A DNA stretch of 64,000 nucleotides from an uncultured Desulfospira sp. (GCA_963663165.1 OY760175.1:4576001-4640000), one strand, 5' to 3'; numbered from the stretch's first letter, positions 20,266 to 30,994 are shown. Made by a program: numbers and translations. The notes: generated from the letters alone by a model not told the origin.

Positions 20266-20730
20266 CTATGGCGTGACTATGGCGCGGATATGTTTCCTGG
20301 CCGTTTCCATGAAATCGGGAAGGGCTTGGGCCAGGGCCTTCGTGGGTTCTGTTCCCCAGTCGATTTTCTCCGGTTCAATGCCGATGACCTTGAGCTTGGG
20401 GCGGTTTCCCCTGATCTGGGCCATGCCAAGGGAATCTAAAAGGTCAATGTCGTGAAGGGACAGCACCTGTTTTTCATCTTTTCTTAAGTCATCTTCGTCC
20501 AGGCTGTAAATGGTGCCGGGGGTGTGGCCGGCCCGGACAATGTCCAGGACCAGAACGTTTTCATATTCCTCAAACAGATAGAAGATGTCCTGGGTGAAGG
20601 TGCCGCCGTCAATAAAGTCGACCCCGTCCCAGTCATCTTTTTCTTTCCAGAACTCCTGGATGGCATAAACGCCCATGCCTTCATCCATGAGAAGAATATT
20701 GCCCACCCCCAAAACCAGTAGTTTTTTCAT
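20266..20730 (-). CDS. Hydrogenase maturation endopeptidase (HyaD/HybD family)
   Basis: LGVGNILLMDEG.G, IDGGT, SLHD, IGIEP motifs; downstream of the large subunit. Confidence 0.95.
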   Translation of the reverse strand: MKKLLVLGVGNILLMDEGMGVYAIQEFWKEKDDWDGVDFIDGGTFTQDIFYLFEEYENVLVLDIVRAGHTPGTIYSLDEDDLRKDEKQVLSLHDIDLLDSLGMAQIRGNRPKLKVIGIEPEKIDWGTEPTKALAQALPDFMETARKHIRAIVTP

Positions 20731-20806
20731 TTGTAGCCTTTAGCAGTTAGTTTCCAAGCCCTTATTATAAATTGGGCCGAAGAAGGGACCCCGGCCCGCA
20801 TGGGCT

Positions 20807-20950
20807 GTGTTTGGACAAGAATTTGCCCAGATGCAAGGCGTAACCAAAGGTCAGAAACCAGGAAAATTTGTAACCGGAGCAACCATTAGGGTTGTGAGGA
20901 TTACAAATTTTCCCGCAACGCAGCAGATGGGTGAATTGTCGTTCAAACAC
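20807..20950. repeat. Structured palindromic MITE-like element, copy B
   Basis: GTGTTTGGAC...GTTCAAACAC ends, GCCCAGATGCAAGGCG..CAACGCAGCAGATGGG. Confidence 0.85.
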
Positions 20951-20953
20951 GAA

Positions 20954-22432
20954 TCAAAGGGGAACTTCCACTTTGATCTTTCTACCTGTCTTGGCGTCCA
21001 GCACGTGGACGGCACAGCCCAGTCAGGGGTCGTAGGATCGGATCAGCCGCCCCACATTCACCGGATTTTCAACATCCGGCACCGGGACCCCGATAAGGGA
21101 TTCCTCAATGGGGCCTCTCTGGCCCATGTCGTCTCTGGGGTTGGCGTTCCAGATGGTGGCCGAAGTGACCTGGTAATTGAAAATCTTTTTATCTTTGATG
21201 TTCACGTAATGGAGCAGGGCACCCCGGGGGGCTTCGGTCATGCCAAGGCCTTCAGCGGATTCGGGGATTTGGGCCGGCACAAAGGTTTCCTTGCCGGGTT
21301 GGGCTGCGGCCAGCCATTGCTCAACCGCCAGGGCTACCAGGCCGGTTTCCTCGGCCCTTGCCACATGACGGCCGAGAATGGAGAAACAGGCATCGCCAAT
21401 GTCTCTTAATTTTTTTACGCCCAGGGCATCTTGTCCGGCTTTGGACAGTTCGGGATTGGTGGCCCACATTCTGGCAAGGGGGCCGGCTTCATGGGGTTTG
21501 CCGTTATATCGCGGGGCCTTGATAAAACTGTAGGCACCGGCTTTTTCCGGCTCCGGCAAGGTCTTTCCCACCTTGGGGTTGAGCCCGGTGGTGGAATCAT
21601 TAAACCAGGAGTATTTGACGTACTCTTTGATCATGTTCGGGTCAACCGGGTAATCTTTGCCGTCGGTGTAGACGCCGGGTTTAAGCAGGGTGTTGCCCTT
21701 GGCATCCAGCTGGAAAACGCCCCAGGAGACCAGGTTCTTATGGCCCACACCGGTCTTGAGCAGATCGCCGTAGGGGCCCGCAAGGGTGTAGATCAAGGGG
21801 ATATACTTGTTGAAAACAAACTCTTTTACCTTTTTAAACCGCTCGGCATAGGCATCCAACGCTTCCCTGGTGGGGATCTCTGTAGCGCCGCCCACGACAA
21901 TCCCTTGGACATGGGGCATTTTTCCGCCCAGAAGGGCGACCATTTCGTGACAGACCTTTCTGATCTCAAGGGCTTCCAAATACTGGCCCACGCCGATTTC
22001 ATTAAGGTCTTTGGGTAAGCGGACATCATTCTTGGCATACCGGGGAATAAACGGGGCCGTGTCCGGACCGTTGACATAGTCCAGGGCGGCCAGGTGGTAA
22101 AAATGAAGAATATGGGACTGGAGAAAGTTGGCGCCCAGGATCAGGTTCCGGGCAATTCTGCCGTTATCCGTGAGTTCAACGCCGAATGCATCATCCAGGG
22201 CCAGGGCCGATGCCGTGGCGTGGGCCGTGGGACATACCCCGCAGATCCGCTGGGTGATCTGGGTAGCATCCCTGGGATCTCTGCCCACCAGGATCTGTTC
22301 AAACCCGCGGTACATGCCTCCGGATATTTTTGCATCAACGACTTTGCCGTCTTTTACTTCTACTTCAGCTTTTAAATGGCCTTCAATCCTTGTGACCGGA
22401 TCAATGGCGATTTTCAGTTTACTGCCTGCCAT
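20954..22432 (-). CDS. hysA: [NiFeSe] hydrogenase large subunit, selenocysteine at UGA 21023-21025 (492 aa)
   Basis: RICGVC N-terminal motif; read-through gives RSYDP-U-LGCAVH-VLDAKTGRKIKVEVPL-stop. Confidence 0.96.
20988..21022 (-). promoter_or_regulatory. Putative bacterial SECIS hairpin directly 3' of the Sec codon
   Basis: Minus strand CTGTGC-CGTCCA-CGTGC-TGGACG-CCAAGACAG forms a stem-loop just after UGA. Confidence 0.7.
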
Positions 22433-22467
22433 AATAAAACCTCCTTGGTTTCGTTAAGTTCCGGAAA

Positions 22468-23406
22468 TTAAGCGGGTTCATAAAAAGGAGATGAGCCGTC
22501 TGGAAACCCCGGTTCAACACAGCCGATACATACGGAATTATCCACACACCAGTTCATGCCGCTGTTCCATTTTCTCTTAAAGCAGTCAGCATAGGTGTCC
22601 GGCCCTTTGCACCCCAGATCCATACGGCAGCCTTTGGGGTCGGACAGTTTTTCAGCCATTTCTCCCCCGTCGTACATCTCAAGGCGGGGACAGTTGTCGT
22701 GGATGTTTTCGCCAAAGAAAAGGGTGGGCCGCCCGGCATCATCAAGTTCGGGAACACCCTTGGTCAAAAGGTGAACAATGGAGCCCACAATCCAGTCCGG
22801 ATGGGGCGGGCAGCCGGGGATGTTGACGGTGGGGGTCTTGATTCCATTGGCTTTGAAAAAGTCCATGGTGCCGGTGGCGCCGGTAACATTGCCCCGGGCT
22901 GCGGGAATTCCGCCGTATGCGGCACAGGTGCCGATGGCCAGGACGGAACCGGCCTGGGGGGCAAGCTCTTTAACCAGGTCCATCATGGTGACTTCTTTTC
23001 CGCCCATCTCGCCGACCACGCAGTATTTGCCGTTGGCCGCAGTGGGAATAGCGCCTTCAATCGCAAGGGAGAATCTGCCGTTGTATTCCTTGGCAACTTC
23101 ATGTATGTGCTCCATCACGATTTCCCCTTCACTGGCCATTACCGTGGGATGGACCTGAAGGCTGATCACTTTGAGAAGAATGTCGGCAATGGTGGGCTCA
23201 ACACTGTTCAGCAAAGAAACTGAGCAGCCGGTGCATCCCTGTCCCTGAATCCATAAGACCGGATGGCGTTCAAGGCCTTTTTCAAGGGCCTGGATCAGCG
23301 CGGGATTAAACATCTGAGAAATACCGATTCCGGCGGCTGTTCCGGTTACGGCTTTTAGAAACCCCCTCCTTGAAACCCCTGACAATTTGTTTTGTTCATC
23401 TTTCAC
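22468..23406 (-). CDS. hysB: [NiFeSe] hydrogenase small subunit with Tat signal
   Basis: AAGGAGG RBS and GTG 23406; SRRGFLK; CTGC, GTCAAYGG, PGCPPHP, HDNCPR, GCKGP, CIGCVEP. Confidence 0.95.
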   Translation of the reverse strand: MKDEQNKLSGVSRRGFLKAVTGTAAGIGISQMFNPALIQALEKGLERHPVLWIQGQGCTGCSVSLLNSVEPTIADILLKVISLQVHPTVMASEGEIVMEHIHEVAKEYNGRFSLAIEGAIPTAANGKYCVVGEMGGKEVTMMDLVKELAPQAGSVLAIGTCAAYGGIPAARGNVTGATGTMDFFKANGIKTPTVNIPGCPPHPDWIVGSIVHLLTKGVPELDDAGRPTLFFGENIHDNCPRLEMYDGGEMAEKLSDPKGCRMDLGCKGPDTYADCFKRKWNSGMNWCVDNSVCIGCVEPGFPDGSSPFYEPA

Positions 23407-23676
23407 GGGCACCTCCTTGATGCTGTTAATGATCTGACACCGCTTTAGTGTTCCGCTACAAAAAAGCGTTTTCCTTGCAGGCGAAATTGTCTTTCTCAGA
23501 ATGTTTATATAGGGATATACTATGGGTGTCAACGACTTGAATAGAAAATCCAAATATAAAAGAGAGGACCGAAAGGCGGGAAACGGGAGACCGGATGTTA
23601 AGTACGTCCGAATCTGGCTTCCGGTCTCAGTTACACTTTAACGGTTTGTTTTCTAAATGTGATTGCTTTGGTGTGT

Positions 23677-24081
23677 TCAAACACGAAGCAGAAAATGAAG
23701 TGAAGGGACGGGCATCAGTTTTTTCCCGGGGCCCAGGCAGACCAGTTCTAATTCGCAGGTTACGGCGGCTTTTTTCCCTTCCGGCCGCCAGGCTTCATGA
23801 AAAAAGACCACCCGGTAGTCACCCTGCTTTTCCCAAGTGGTCCGGATGTCAAGGGTGTCTCCAAATACCGCCCCTTCGTTGTATTTCAGGGAGGTTTTGT
23901 ACACGGCAAAACCGATGCCGTCCTGGTGCCATAGGTTGGAAAGTTCGGCAACGCCAATGATATCTTCCCTGGCCCGTTCAAAAAATTTAAGGTAATTGGC
24001 GTGGTAAACCACCCCTGAATGGTCTGTGTCTTCGTAATATACCTGAACCGTGAAGTGGTGTGTGTGAAGGTCTGATGTCAT
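23677..24081 (-). CDS. YbgC/4-HBT-family acyl-CoA thioesterase
   Basis: VYYEDTDHSGVVYHANYLKFFERAR motif. Confidence 0.9.
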   Translation of the reverse strand: MTSDLHTHHFTVQVYYEDTDHSGVVYHANYLKFFERAREDIIGVAELSNLWHQDGIGFAVYKTSLKYNEGAVFGDTLDIRTTWEKQGDYRVVFFHEAWRPEGKKAAVTCELELVCLGPGKKLMPVPSLHFLLRV

Positions 24082-24086
24082 ATTGG

Positions 24087-24482
24087 TTAGATGCCGGTAT
24101 GGGGATAAAAGATTCTGGAAACGGAAAACCCTAGCCAGACGGCAAGGATTCCCATACACAGATGTAATCCGATATTGATGATGGTGGCCGTTATCTGGCC
24201 GTTTCTAAGCATGGAGAACAGTTCAAAGCCAAAGGTGGAAAAGGTGGTGAACCCGCCCAGGAATCCGATAAATACCAGGGCCCTGATTTCCGGGGTAAAG
24301 ATATCCCTGGCCTCGGACAGGCCGGCCAGAAATCCGATGAGAAAACAGCCAAAGATATTAACGGCCAGTGTGCCTAATGGCAGCCATTGGTTTTTAATAA
24401 AAACACGGGCCCCTTCGTATACCATGAAGCGGCAGATGGAACCGGCAAAACCGCCCATGCCGACCATTAACACTTTTATCAT
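24087..24482 (-). CDS. crcB: Fluoride channel CrcB/FluC
   Basis: GGFAGSICR, PLGTLAVNIFGC, GFLGGFTTFSTF. Confidence 0.96.
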   Translation of the reverse strand: MIKVLMVGMGGFAGSICRFMVYEGARVFIKNQWLPLGTLAVNIFGCFLIGFLAGLSEARDIFTPEIRALVFIGFLGGFTTFSTFGFELFSMLRNGQITATIINIGLHLCMGILAVWLGFSVSRIFYPHTGI

Positions 24483-24654
24483 TTCAACCTTTCCTATCAG
24501 CTATGGTCTGTAAAACGGTACCTACCATAATGGAAAACCCGTTTAAATACCAGGACATTCTAAAAATCAAGGGCTTGACTAATTGGTGTCCATTGTCTAT
24601 TCAAAGACATTAATGTTCTAATTAATGGTCTAACTGATTCACCCGGAGGCGCCG

Positions 24655-26148
24655 GTGCCCAATCCGCTGCACATCCCTTTTCATGTGTTTCCAGTCCGGA
24701 TTATTATTCCGGTGGGCCTGACCATGCTGCTGTTTTCCCTGACCATTTTCCTGCTGATTATCCCCATGATGGAAGAGAACCTCATGGAAGAAAAACGGCA
24801 GGCCATCATGCACCTGACAGAAACGGCCTGGTCCACCCTTTCCCTGTATCATGAGCGGGTCCAAAAGGGGGAAATCTCCCGGGAAGAGGCCCAAAGACAG
24901 GTGGCCAACCACCTGCTGAACCTGCGGTACGGGCCTGATCTAAAGGACTATTTTTGGATTAACGACATGGGGCCGGTCATGGTCATGCACCCTTATCGTA
25001 CGGATTTGGTCGGAAAGGATATTTCCACTTTCCAGGACCCTGCGGGAAAGTACCTGTTCAAGGATATGGTGGCCCTGGTCAGGGCTCAAAAGGCCGGGTA
25101 TGTGGATTATTTGTGGCAGTGGAAAGAGGACCCGAGCCGGATTGTTCCTAAAATCTCCTATGTCAAAGGGTTTGCCCCCTGGGGATGGATCATCGGCACC
25201 GGGATCTATGTGGAAGATGTCCGTGCCCAGATTTCTCTGATCACCCGGCATCTGACCTTGACCTGCCTTGGGATCATGGCGGCGGTCCTGCTCTTGTCCT
25301 TTTATATTATCCGGGAGGCGGCAAAGGAAAAACAAAGACGGGTCAGGGCCATGGCCCAGTCCAGATTAAGGGAAAAGCAGCTGCTGCAGGCTGACAAGAT
25401 GAGTTCCCTGGGGATCCTCGTGGCCGGAGTGGCCCATGAAATCAACAATCCGGCCGCATCCCTGATGCTCAATGCACCCAACCTGAAAAAAGCATGGGAC
25501 GCTTTTCTGCCGGTGCTGGACGATCATTTTTCCCTGCATCCGGATTCCCGGGTATGCCACATGTCCTATCCTGATTTGAGAAGACGGATTGATCTGATGC
25601 TGGCCGCCCTTCAGGACGGTGCCGGTCGGATCAAAAGAATTATCTCTGAACTCAAGGATTTTTCCAGGCCCGGCACACCGGATATGGATGACGATATCGA
25701 CATCGGCCGGCTGGTCCGGAAATCTGTGGGGTTAACCGCATCCATTATACGGAAAGCCACCCGGAATTTTAAAATCAACTGTGATGAGGCCCTTCCCATG
25801 GTCAAGGGAAACTTTCAAAAGCTTCAGCAGGTGGTGATCAACCTGATCGTCAATTCAGCCCAGGCCCTGGAAAATCTTAACCAGTCCATCGCCATTTCCG
25901 CTTTTGCGGACAATGAAAACGGATTTATTATTATTGAGGTCTCGGACACCGGCCCGGGGGTTTCCGAGCAGGACTTAAAACGGTTGAAAGACCCCTTTTT
26001 TACCACCAGAAGAGATGACGGGGGCACCGGGCTTGGCCTTTCCATCTCTGATAAAATCATCTGCGATCACGGGGGGATGTTGTTGTTTTCCTCTGTCCCG
26101 GGGCAGGGGTTGACCGCCAGGATTCACTTGCCCTTGAACAGCAAATAA
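24655..26148 (+). CDS. Membrane sensor histidine kinase with periplasmic Cache domain (NtrB-like)
   Basis: Two TM helices, YFWIND..MHP..YVDYLW..PWGWIIGTGIY Cache, GVAHEINNP, GTGLGL; GGAGG RBS. Confidence 0.94.
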   Translation: MPNPLHIPFHVFPVRIIIPVGLTMLLFSLTIFLLIIPMMEENLMEEKRQAIMHLTETAWSTLSLYHERVQKGEISREEAQRQVANHLLNLRYGPDLKDYFWINDMGPVMVMHPYRTDLVGKDISTFQDPAGKYLFKDMVALVRAQKAGYVDYLWQWKEDPSRIVPKISYVKGFAPWGWIIGTGIYVEDVRAQISLITRHLTLTCLGIMAAVLLLSFYIIREAAKEKQRRVRAMAQSRLREKQLLQADKMSSLGILVAGVAHEINNPAASLMLNAPNLKKAWDAFLPVLDDHFSLHPDSRVCHMSYPDLRRRIDLMLAALQDGAGRIKRIISELKDFSRPGTPDMDDDIDIGRLVRKSVGLTASIIRKATRNFKINCDEALPMVKGNFQKLQQVVINLIVNSAQALENLNQSIAISAFADNENGFIIIEVSDTGPGVSEQDLKRLKDPFFTTRRDDGGTGLGLSISDKIICDHGGMLLFSSVPGQGLTARIHLPLNSK

Positions 26149-26202
26149 GGTAAAGAATAGCTTACGGTTGCCAAATTAAAATCAAATTTGGACTGTTTTA
26201 TT

Positions 26203-27582
26203 ATGGAACAAATATCGTGTCCCGACCGCCCTGTTTTCATTGTTGATGACGAACCAGAGATCCTGCTGGCCGTTGATACCACCCTTCGAATGGCCGGCAT
26301 GGACAATGTGATTACCATCAGCGATTCAAGGGATGTGATCCGTCAGATGGAGCGGAGCGTCCCGAGCCTGGTCCTGCTCGACCTGAACATGCCCCACATC
26401 AACGGGGGAAAACTCTTAAAAATTATCCGGAAAACATGGCCCCGGATTCCGGTCATTGTGCTTACCGGCACCATTGAGGTGGATACGGCGGTCCGGTGCA
26501 TGAAAATCGGTGCCATGGATTATCTGATCAAGCCCGTGGAAGAGGAAAAGCTTCTGAATGTGGTGAAACATGCCCTGGATGAAAGTTCGGAAACCGGAAC
26601 CGTCAGTCAGCCCAAAGATCTTTTTGACCAGGTTAAGCATCCCGAAGCCTTCCGGCATATCATCACCCAGGATGAGCAGATGCATTCCATCTTTCATTAT
26701 ATTGAGGCGGTGGCCCCGTCGTCCAAGCCGGTTCTGATCTTCGGGGAAACCGGGGTTGGCAAAGAACTGGTGGGAAGGTCCATCCATGCCCTGAGCAACA
26801 GAAAAGGGCAGCTGGTGGTGGTCAATGTGGCCGGCTTAGATGACAATGTGTTTTCCGACACCTTGTTCGGCCATGTCAAGGGGGCGTTTACCGGTGCTGA
26901 GAAATCCAGATCCGGCCTGATTGAACAGGCCGCCGGCGGAACCCTTCTTTTAGATGAGATCGGGGATCTGGCCCTGGTCTCCCAGGTAAAGCTGTTGCGG
27001 CTGCTCCAGGAAGGGGAATACCTGCCTTTGGGGTGTGACCGGACCCGCCATTCCGATGTCAGGATTATTGCCTCCACCAACCAGGATCTCTGGGCCCTTG
27101 AAAAAAATGGGGAGTTCAGAAAGGATTTGATTTACCGGCTGTCCACCCATACCTTGACCCTGCCGCCTCTAAGGGAAAGACTTCTGGATCTTCCGCTGCT
27201 GTTGGACCGGTTTGTCTGCCAGGCCGCAGACGAGCTGGACAAGCCGGTTCCCGATATCCCCAAAAATCTTATTGAACAATTGGAGTCTTATCCCTTTAAG
27301 GGGAATATCCGGGAACTCAAATCCATGGTATACGATGCCCTGTCCCGGCATAAAGAGGGGCCCATTACCGCAGAGCTGTTCAAAGGGCTGGCCGATATAG
27401 ATTTACAGCTGCTGGATGAGGATGGGCCGGATTCTGATCTGCCCACATTAAAGGATGCATCCCGGGAACTGGTGGAGCGGGCCATGGCCCGGACCGGGGG
27501 AAATCAGTCGGCAGCTGCCAAAATTCTGGGGATCTCCCAGCAGGCGTTGAGCAAGCGGCTGCAAAAGATGAAAACCGAATAG
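26203..27582 (+). CDS. Sigma54-dependent response regulator (NtrC family)
   Basis: REC, GETGVGKE, GAFTGA, LLLDEIGD, GNIREL, Fis HTH GNQSAAAKILGIS. Confidence 0.96.
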   Translation: MEQISCPDRPVFIVDDEPEILLAVDTTLRMAGMDNVITISDSRDVIRQMERSVPSLVLLDLNMPHINGGKLLKIIRKTWPRIPVIVLTGTIEVDTAVRCMKIGAMDYLIKPVEEEKLLNVVKHALDESSETGTVSQPKDLFDQVKHPEAFRHIITQDEQMHSIFHYIEAVAPSSKPVLIFGETGVGKELVGRSIHALSNRKGQLVVVNVAGLDDNVFSDTLFGHVKGAFTGAEKSRSGLIEQAAGGTLLLDEIGDLALVSQVKLLRLLQEGEYLPLGCDRTRHSDVRIIASTNQDLWALEKNGEFRKDLIYRLSTHTLTLPPLRERLLDLPLLLDRFVCQAADELDKPVPDIPKNLIEQLESYPFKGNIRELKSMVYDALSRHKEGPITAELFKGLADIDLQLLDEDGPDSDLPTLKDASRELVERAMARTGGNQSAAAKILGISQQALSKRLQKMKTE

Positions 27583-27654
27583 TGTTGGGCGGCCATTAAC
27601 CCATCTGCGGCGTTGCAGTAAACATGGCATCAGGATAAATTACAGTCCAAACAC
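27582..27654. repeat. Internally deleted inverted copy (D) of the MITE-like element
   Basis: CCCATCTGCGGCGTTGC and GTCCAAACAC are reverse complements of the conserved blocks in copies B and C. Confidence 0.65.
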
Positions 27655-27670
27655 GGCTCTTTGCCTGGCC

Positions 27671-27773
27671 CACAACAAAAGTTGTGTTTACAATTTTTGT
27701 TGTGAATCGGCTGGATGGTCTTCCCTGTAAGCGGTATTTCCATTCTTTGTTTATTCCTACAATAAAAGTTGTA
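27671..27773. promoter_or_regulatory. Three ACAA-N6-TTGT palindromes, probable enhancer sites for the adjacent NtrC-type regulator
   Basis: CACAACAAAAGTTGTG 27671-27686, TACAATTTTTGTTGTG 27689-27704, TACAATAAAAGTTGTA 27758-27773, 100-200 bp upstream of a sigma54 promoter. Confidence 0.75.
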
Positions 27774-27846
27774 TTTATGCGACCCGGTTTTTACGGGATG
27801 ATTTTGAATATTCTTTAAAATCAGCATGATAGCCTTTCCATTTATT

Positions 27847-27862
27847 TGGCATAATTATTGCA
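27847..27862 (+). promoter_or_regulatory. Sigma54 (-24/-12) promoter
   Basis: TGGCAT-AATTA-TTGCA with exact consensus spacing. Confidence 0.85.
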
Positions 27863-27872
27863 ATATTTAGGT

Positions 27873-28065
27873 GTTGCATTGCAAAGCCTGTTGAGTGTCA
27901 CAAGGAACTGACACCATAGACCCCTGGGCCCTGGTTTCCGTGTGAAACCGGGGTCTGCTTTGGTCCGGGACGTGATCGGGGTCCCGGGCCAAACAGGGTC
28001 CGTAAAAAAGTTCTTTTCCTCCATAGGGGCCGGAAGGTGTGCTGCCTTTCGGCCCTTTTGCTTTT
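27873..28065 (+). ncRNA. Candidate ~190-nt sigma54-dependent structured RNA (sRNA or leader)
   Basis: Lies between the sigma54 promoter and an intrinsic terminator; several GC-rich hairpins; no plausible ORF. Confidence 0.6.
28025..28065 (+). terminator. Intrinsic terminator
   Basis: GGGCCGGAAGG-TGTGCTG-CCTTTCGGCCC followed by TTTTGCTTTT. Confidence 0.8.
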
Positions 28066-28236
28066 ATCCTTTAGCTGTCAGCCCGGTCAGGTGATGGTGT
28101 GAAGTATTCAAATTTGGTTAACACCGTTGTTTTTTCCGCCGGTTTCCTTTATAAAATGTACTGCCTGTCATAAAAAAGACCCATATGTTTTTCTAATCTC
28201 AAGGTGAAAATGATTAAGCCCTAAGGATCATACAAC

Positions 28237-29928
28237 ATGCCCGAATATGAGTTGACCCATCTGCTGGTGGATGATGAGCAGCATATGGTTTTGAAAAAAC
28301 TGACATCTTCCATGCCCGATGTGATTTTAAACGACCGGCAGATTTGTGATTTTGAGCTGCTGGTTACCGGGGTATTCAGCCCGTTGAAAGGATTCATGAA
28401 CCAAATCGACTATGAGTCGGTTCTGGACCGGATGCGGCTGTCCTCGGGAGAGATCTGGCCGGTTCCCATCTGCCTGGACATTGGCGAAACCCTGGCCAAC
28501 AGTCTTGAAGTCGGCCAGTCCGTGGTTCTCAGGGACCAGGAAGGGTTCCCCTTAGGGGTCATGAACCTTGACGATATCTGGCCTGTGGAACCGGAAAAAG
28601 AGGCGCTAAGTGTATACAACACCCTGGACCAGACCCATCCCGGGGTGGATTACCTGTTTAACAAGTCCGGGCAATATTATATTGGCGGAAGTATTCAGGC
28701 CCTGAACCTGCCCATTCATTCGGATTTCAGGCAGATTCGGATGACCCCTGCAGAGGTGAGAAAGGCCTTTGAAAAACTGGGGTGGAAACGGATTGTGGGG
28801 TTCCAGACCCGGCAGCCCATTCACCGTCCCCAGTTTGAAATGACCATCCAGGCCATGCGCCAGGCCAAGGCCAACCTGCTGCTGCTGCCGGTGGCCGGAA
28901 TTCCCCGGCCTGGTGATTTTGACCATTACACCCGCATGCGCTGCTACCAGAAACTGGAAAGCCATTATCCGCCCAACGCCCACATGATCAACCTGCTGCC
29001 CTTGTCCATGCGCATGGCAGGCCCGAGGGACGCGGTCCTTCACATGATCATCGGCAAGAATTTCGGCTGTACCCATTTTGTCATCGGCCACAACCACGGC
29101 AGCCCGGGGAAGGACAGTGAGGGGAACCCCTTTTACGGCTATGACCAGGCCGCGGAACTGGCCGGGGAGGCCGCAGGAGAGCTGGGCATTGAAGCGGTCT
29201 CTTTCGAGGAAATGGTTTACCTGCCCTTTGATGATGAGTTTAAGCTGGTATCACAGGTTAGAGAGGATCAGGACAGCATCTCTTTTTCCGGCGGTGATAT
29301 CAGAGACCGGATCAGAAACGGAAAACGGGTTCCGGAATGGGCCAGTTTCCCGGAGGTACTGACGGAACTGGACAGATCCTACCCGCCCCCCTCACGCCAG
29401 GGGTTTACCATTTTTTTAACCGGACTTTCCGGTGCCGGCAAATCCACCATTGCCCGGGTCCTGTACTCCCGGTTCATGGAAATCGGGACCCGGCCGGTAT
29501 CTCTTCTGGACGGGGATATCGTGAGAAGAAATTTGTCCAGTGAGCTTAATTTTTCCAAAGAACACCGGGATATCAATGTCCGGCGCATCAGTTTTGTGGC
29601 CTCTGAAATTACCAAAAACAGAGGCATTGCCATCTGTGCCCCCATTGCGCCCTATGAGCGGACCAGAACCGAAATTCGAAAGACCATTGAAGCCTATGGC
29701 GGTTTTTTTGAAATTCACGTGGCCACCCCCATTTCAGAGTGTGAAAAACGAGATCGAAAAGGCATGTATGCCAAGGCAAGGGCCGGGCTTCTCAAGGGGT
29801 TTACCGGCGTGGATGACCCTTACGAAGCCCCGGAGCAGCCGGAGCTGCGGATTGACACCACCAATTTGACCCCCGACGAGGCCGCCCAGGAGGTGTTGCT
29901 GCTGCTCAGTGAAAAGGGATTTGTGTAA
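28237..29928 (+). CDS. Bifunctional sulfate adenylyltransferase / adenylylsulfate kinase
   Basis: [22 protein letters not shown] (Sat domain); [34 protein letters not shown] (CysC domain). Confidence 0.93.
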   Translation: MPEYELTHLLVDDEQHMVLKKLTSSMPDVILNDRQICDFELLVTGVFSPLKGFMNQIDYESVLDRMRLSSGEIWPVPICLDIGETLANSLEVGQSVVLRDQEGFPLGVMNLDDIWPVEPEKEALSVYNTLDQTHPGVDYLFNKSGQYYIGGSIQALNLPIHSDFRQIRMTPAEVRKAFEKLGWKRIVGFQTRQPIHRPQFEMTIQAMRQAKANLLLLPVAGIPRPGDFDHYTRMRCYQKLESHYPPNAHMINLLPLSMRMAGPRDAVLHMIIGKNFGCTHFVIGHNHGSPGKDSEGNPFYGYDQAAELAGEAAGELGIEAVSFEEMVYLPFDDEFKLVSQVREDQDSISFSGGDIRDRIRNGKRVPEWASFPEVLTELDRSYPPPSRQGFTIFLTGLSGAGKSTIARVLYSRFMEIGTRPVSLLDGDIVRRNLSSELNFSKEHRDINVRRISFVASEITKNRGIAICAPIAPYERTRTEIRKTIEAYGGFFEIHVATPISECEKRDRKGMYAKARAGLLKGFTGVDDPYEAPEQPELRIDTTNLTPDEAAQEVLLLLSEKGFV

Positions 29929-29968
29929 ATTCAGTATTAACCCTGTAACGTTTACGAGGAAAAACATA

Positions 29969-30994
29969 GTGACTTATGAACAGGCGTTAGCCGACTTAAA
30001 AAACAGATCCTGTGCCTGGCTGATCACCGGATGTGCCGGATTCATCGGATCAAATCTTCTGGAAACTCTTTTGGATTTAGGACAGAAGGTCACCGGGCTG
30101 GATAATTTTTCCACCGGATTTCAGCACAACCTGGACCAGGTCCGGGATATTGTGGGGCCTGAAAAATGGGCCAATTTCAAGTTTATCAAAGGGGATATCA
30201 CGGATCTTGACACCTGCCGTTCGGCCTGTGAGGGCCAGGATTATATTCTTCATGAGGCCGCTTTGGGATCGGTCCCCCGGTCCGTGGCAGACCCCATTAC
30301 CACCAATGAAAACAATATCACCGGTTTCTTGAACATGCTGGTGGCTTCACGGGATGCCAATGTGAGCCGGTTTGTTTATGCGGCCTCGAGTTCCACCTAT
30401 GGGGACCACCCGGGCCTTCCCAAAGTCGAAGATAAAATCGGCGCTCCCCTTTCTCCCTATGCCGTGACCAAATATGTCAATGAACTGTATGCGGCGGTTT
30501 TTGCCTCGACTTACGGGTTTAAGGCCGTTGGGCTCAGATATTTTAACGTGTTCGGCCGGCGCCAGGACCCTTTTGGGGCCTACGCCGCCGTGATCCCCCT
30601 CTGGTTTGCCGCCATTATCAAAGGGGAGCAGGCCTTTATCAACGGGGACGGGGAGACCAGCCGGGATTTTTGTTATATTGACAATTGTGTCCAGGCCAAT
30701 ATCCTGGCCGCCCTTTCCGGGGACGAGGCCGCCGGCCAGGTATACAACGTGGCCTTTGGGGAAAAGACCACCTTAAACCAACTGTTTGATATGATCCGGG
30801 AACGTGTGGCTGCGGTTCACCCCCAATGTGCCGGCGCCAAACCCGAATACCGGGAATTTCGGGCCGGAGACGTGAGGCATTCCCTGGCAGATATTTCAAA
30901 GGCCGGGTCATTATTGGGATATGTGCCCCGGTATTCGGTCCGTGACGGGCTTGATCTTGCGGCCAAATGGTATATGGAAAATTTAATATGTTAA
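29969..30994 (+). CDS. UDP-N-acetylglucosamine 4-epimerase (WbpP/TviC-like SDR)
   Basis: [40 protein letters not shown] and GTG 29969. Confidence 0.92.
   Translation: MTYEQALADLKNRSCAWLITGCAGFIGSNLLETLLDLGQKVTGLDNFSTGFQHNLDQVRDIVGPEKWANFKFIKGDITDLDTCRSACEGQDYILHEAALGSVPRSVADPITTNENNITGFLNMLVASRDANVSRFVYAASSSTYGDHPGLPKVEDKIGAPLSPYAVTKYVNELYAAVFASTYGFKAVGLRYFNVFGRRQDPFGAYAAVIPLWFAAIIKGEQAFINGDGETSRDFCYIDNCVQANILAALSGDEAAGQVYNVAFGEKTTLNQLFDMIRERVAAVHPQCAGAKPEYREFRAGDVRHSLADISKAGSLLGYVPRYSVRDGLDLAAKWYMENLIC

Noticed and set aside
20807..21409. 200-aa plus-strand ORF
   Set aside because: Made of the repeat element plus the antisense of hysA
23407..23553. Extended N-terminus of the hydrogenase small subunit
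   Set aside because: A strong RBS and the Tat motif position support GTG 23406
23587..23628. GAGACCGGA/TCCGGTCTC inverted repeat upstream of hysB as a regulatory RNA
   Set aside because: Single hairpin, most simply a terminator-like element after the thioesterase; no further support
24483..24650. Fluoride riboswitch upstream of crcB
   Set aside because: No GGxGAUGG...UGAUG core visible on the minus strand
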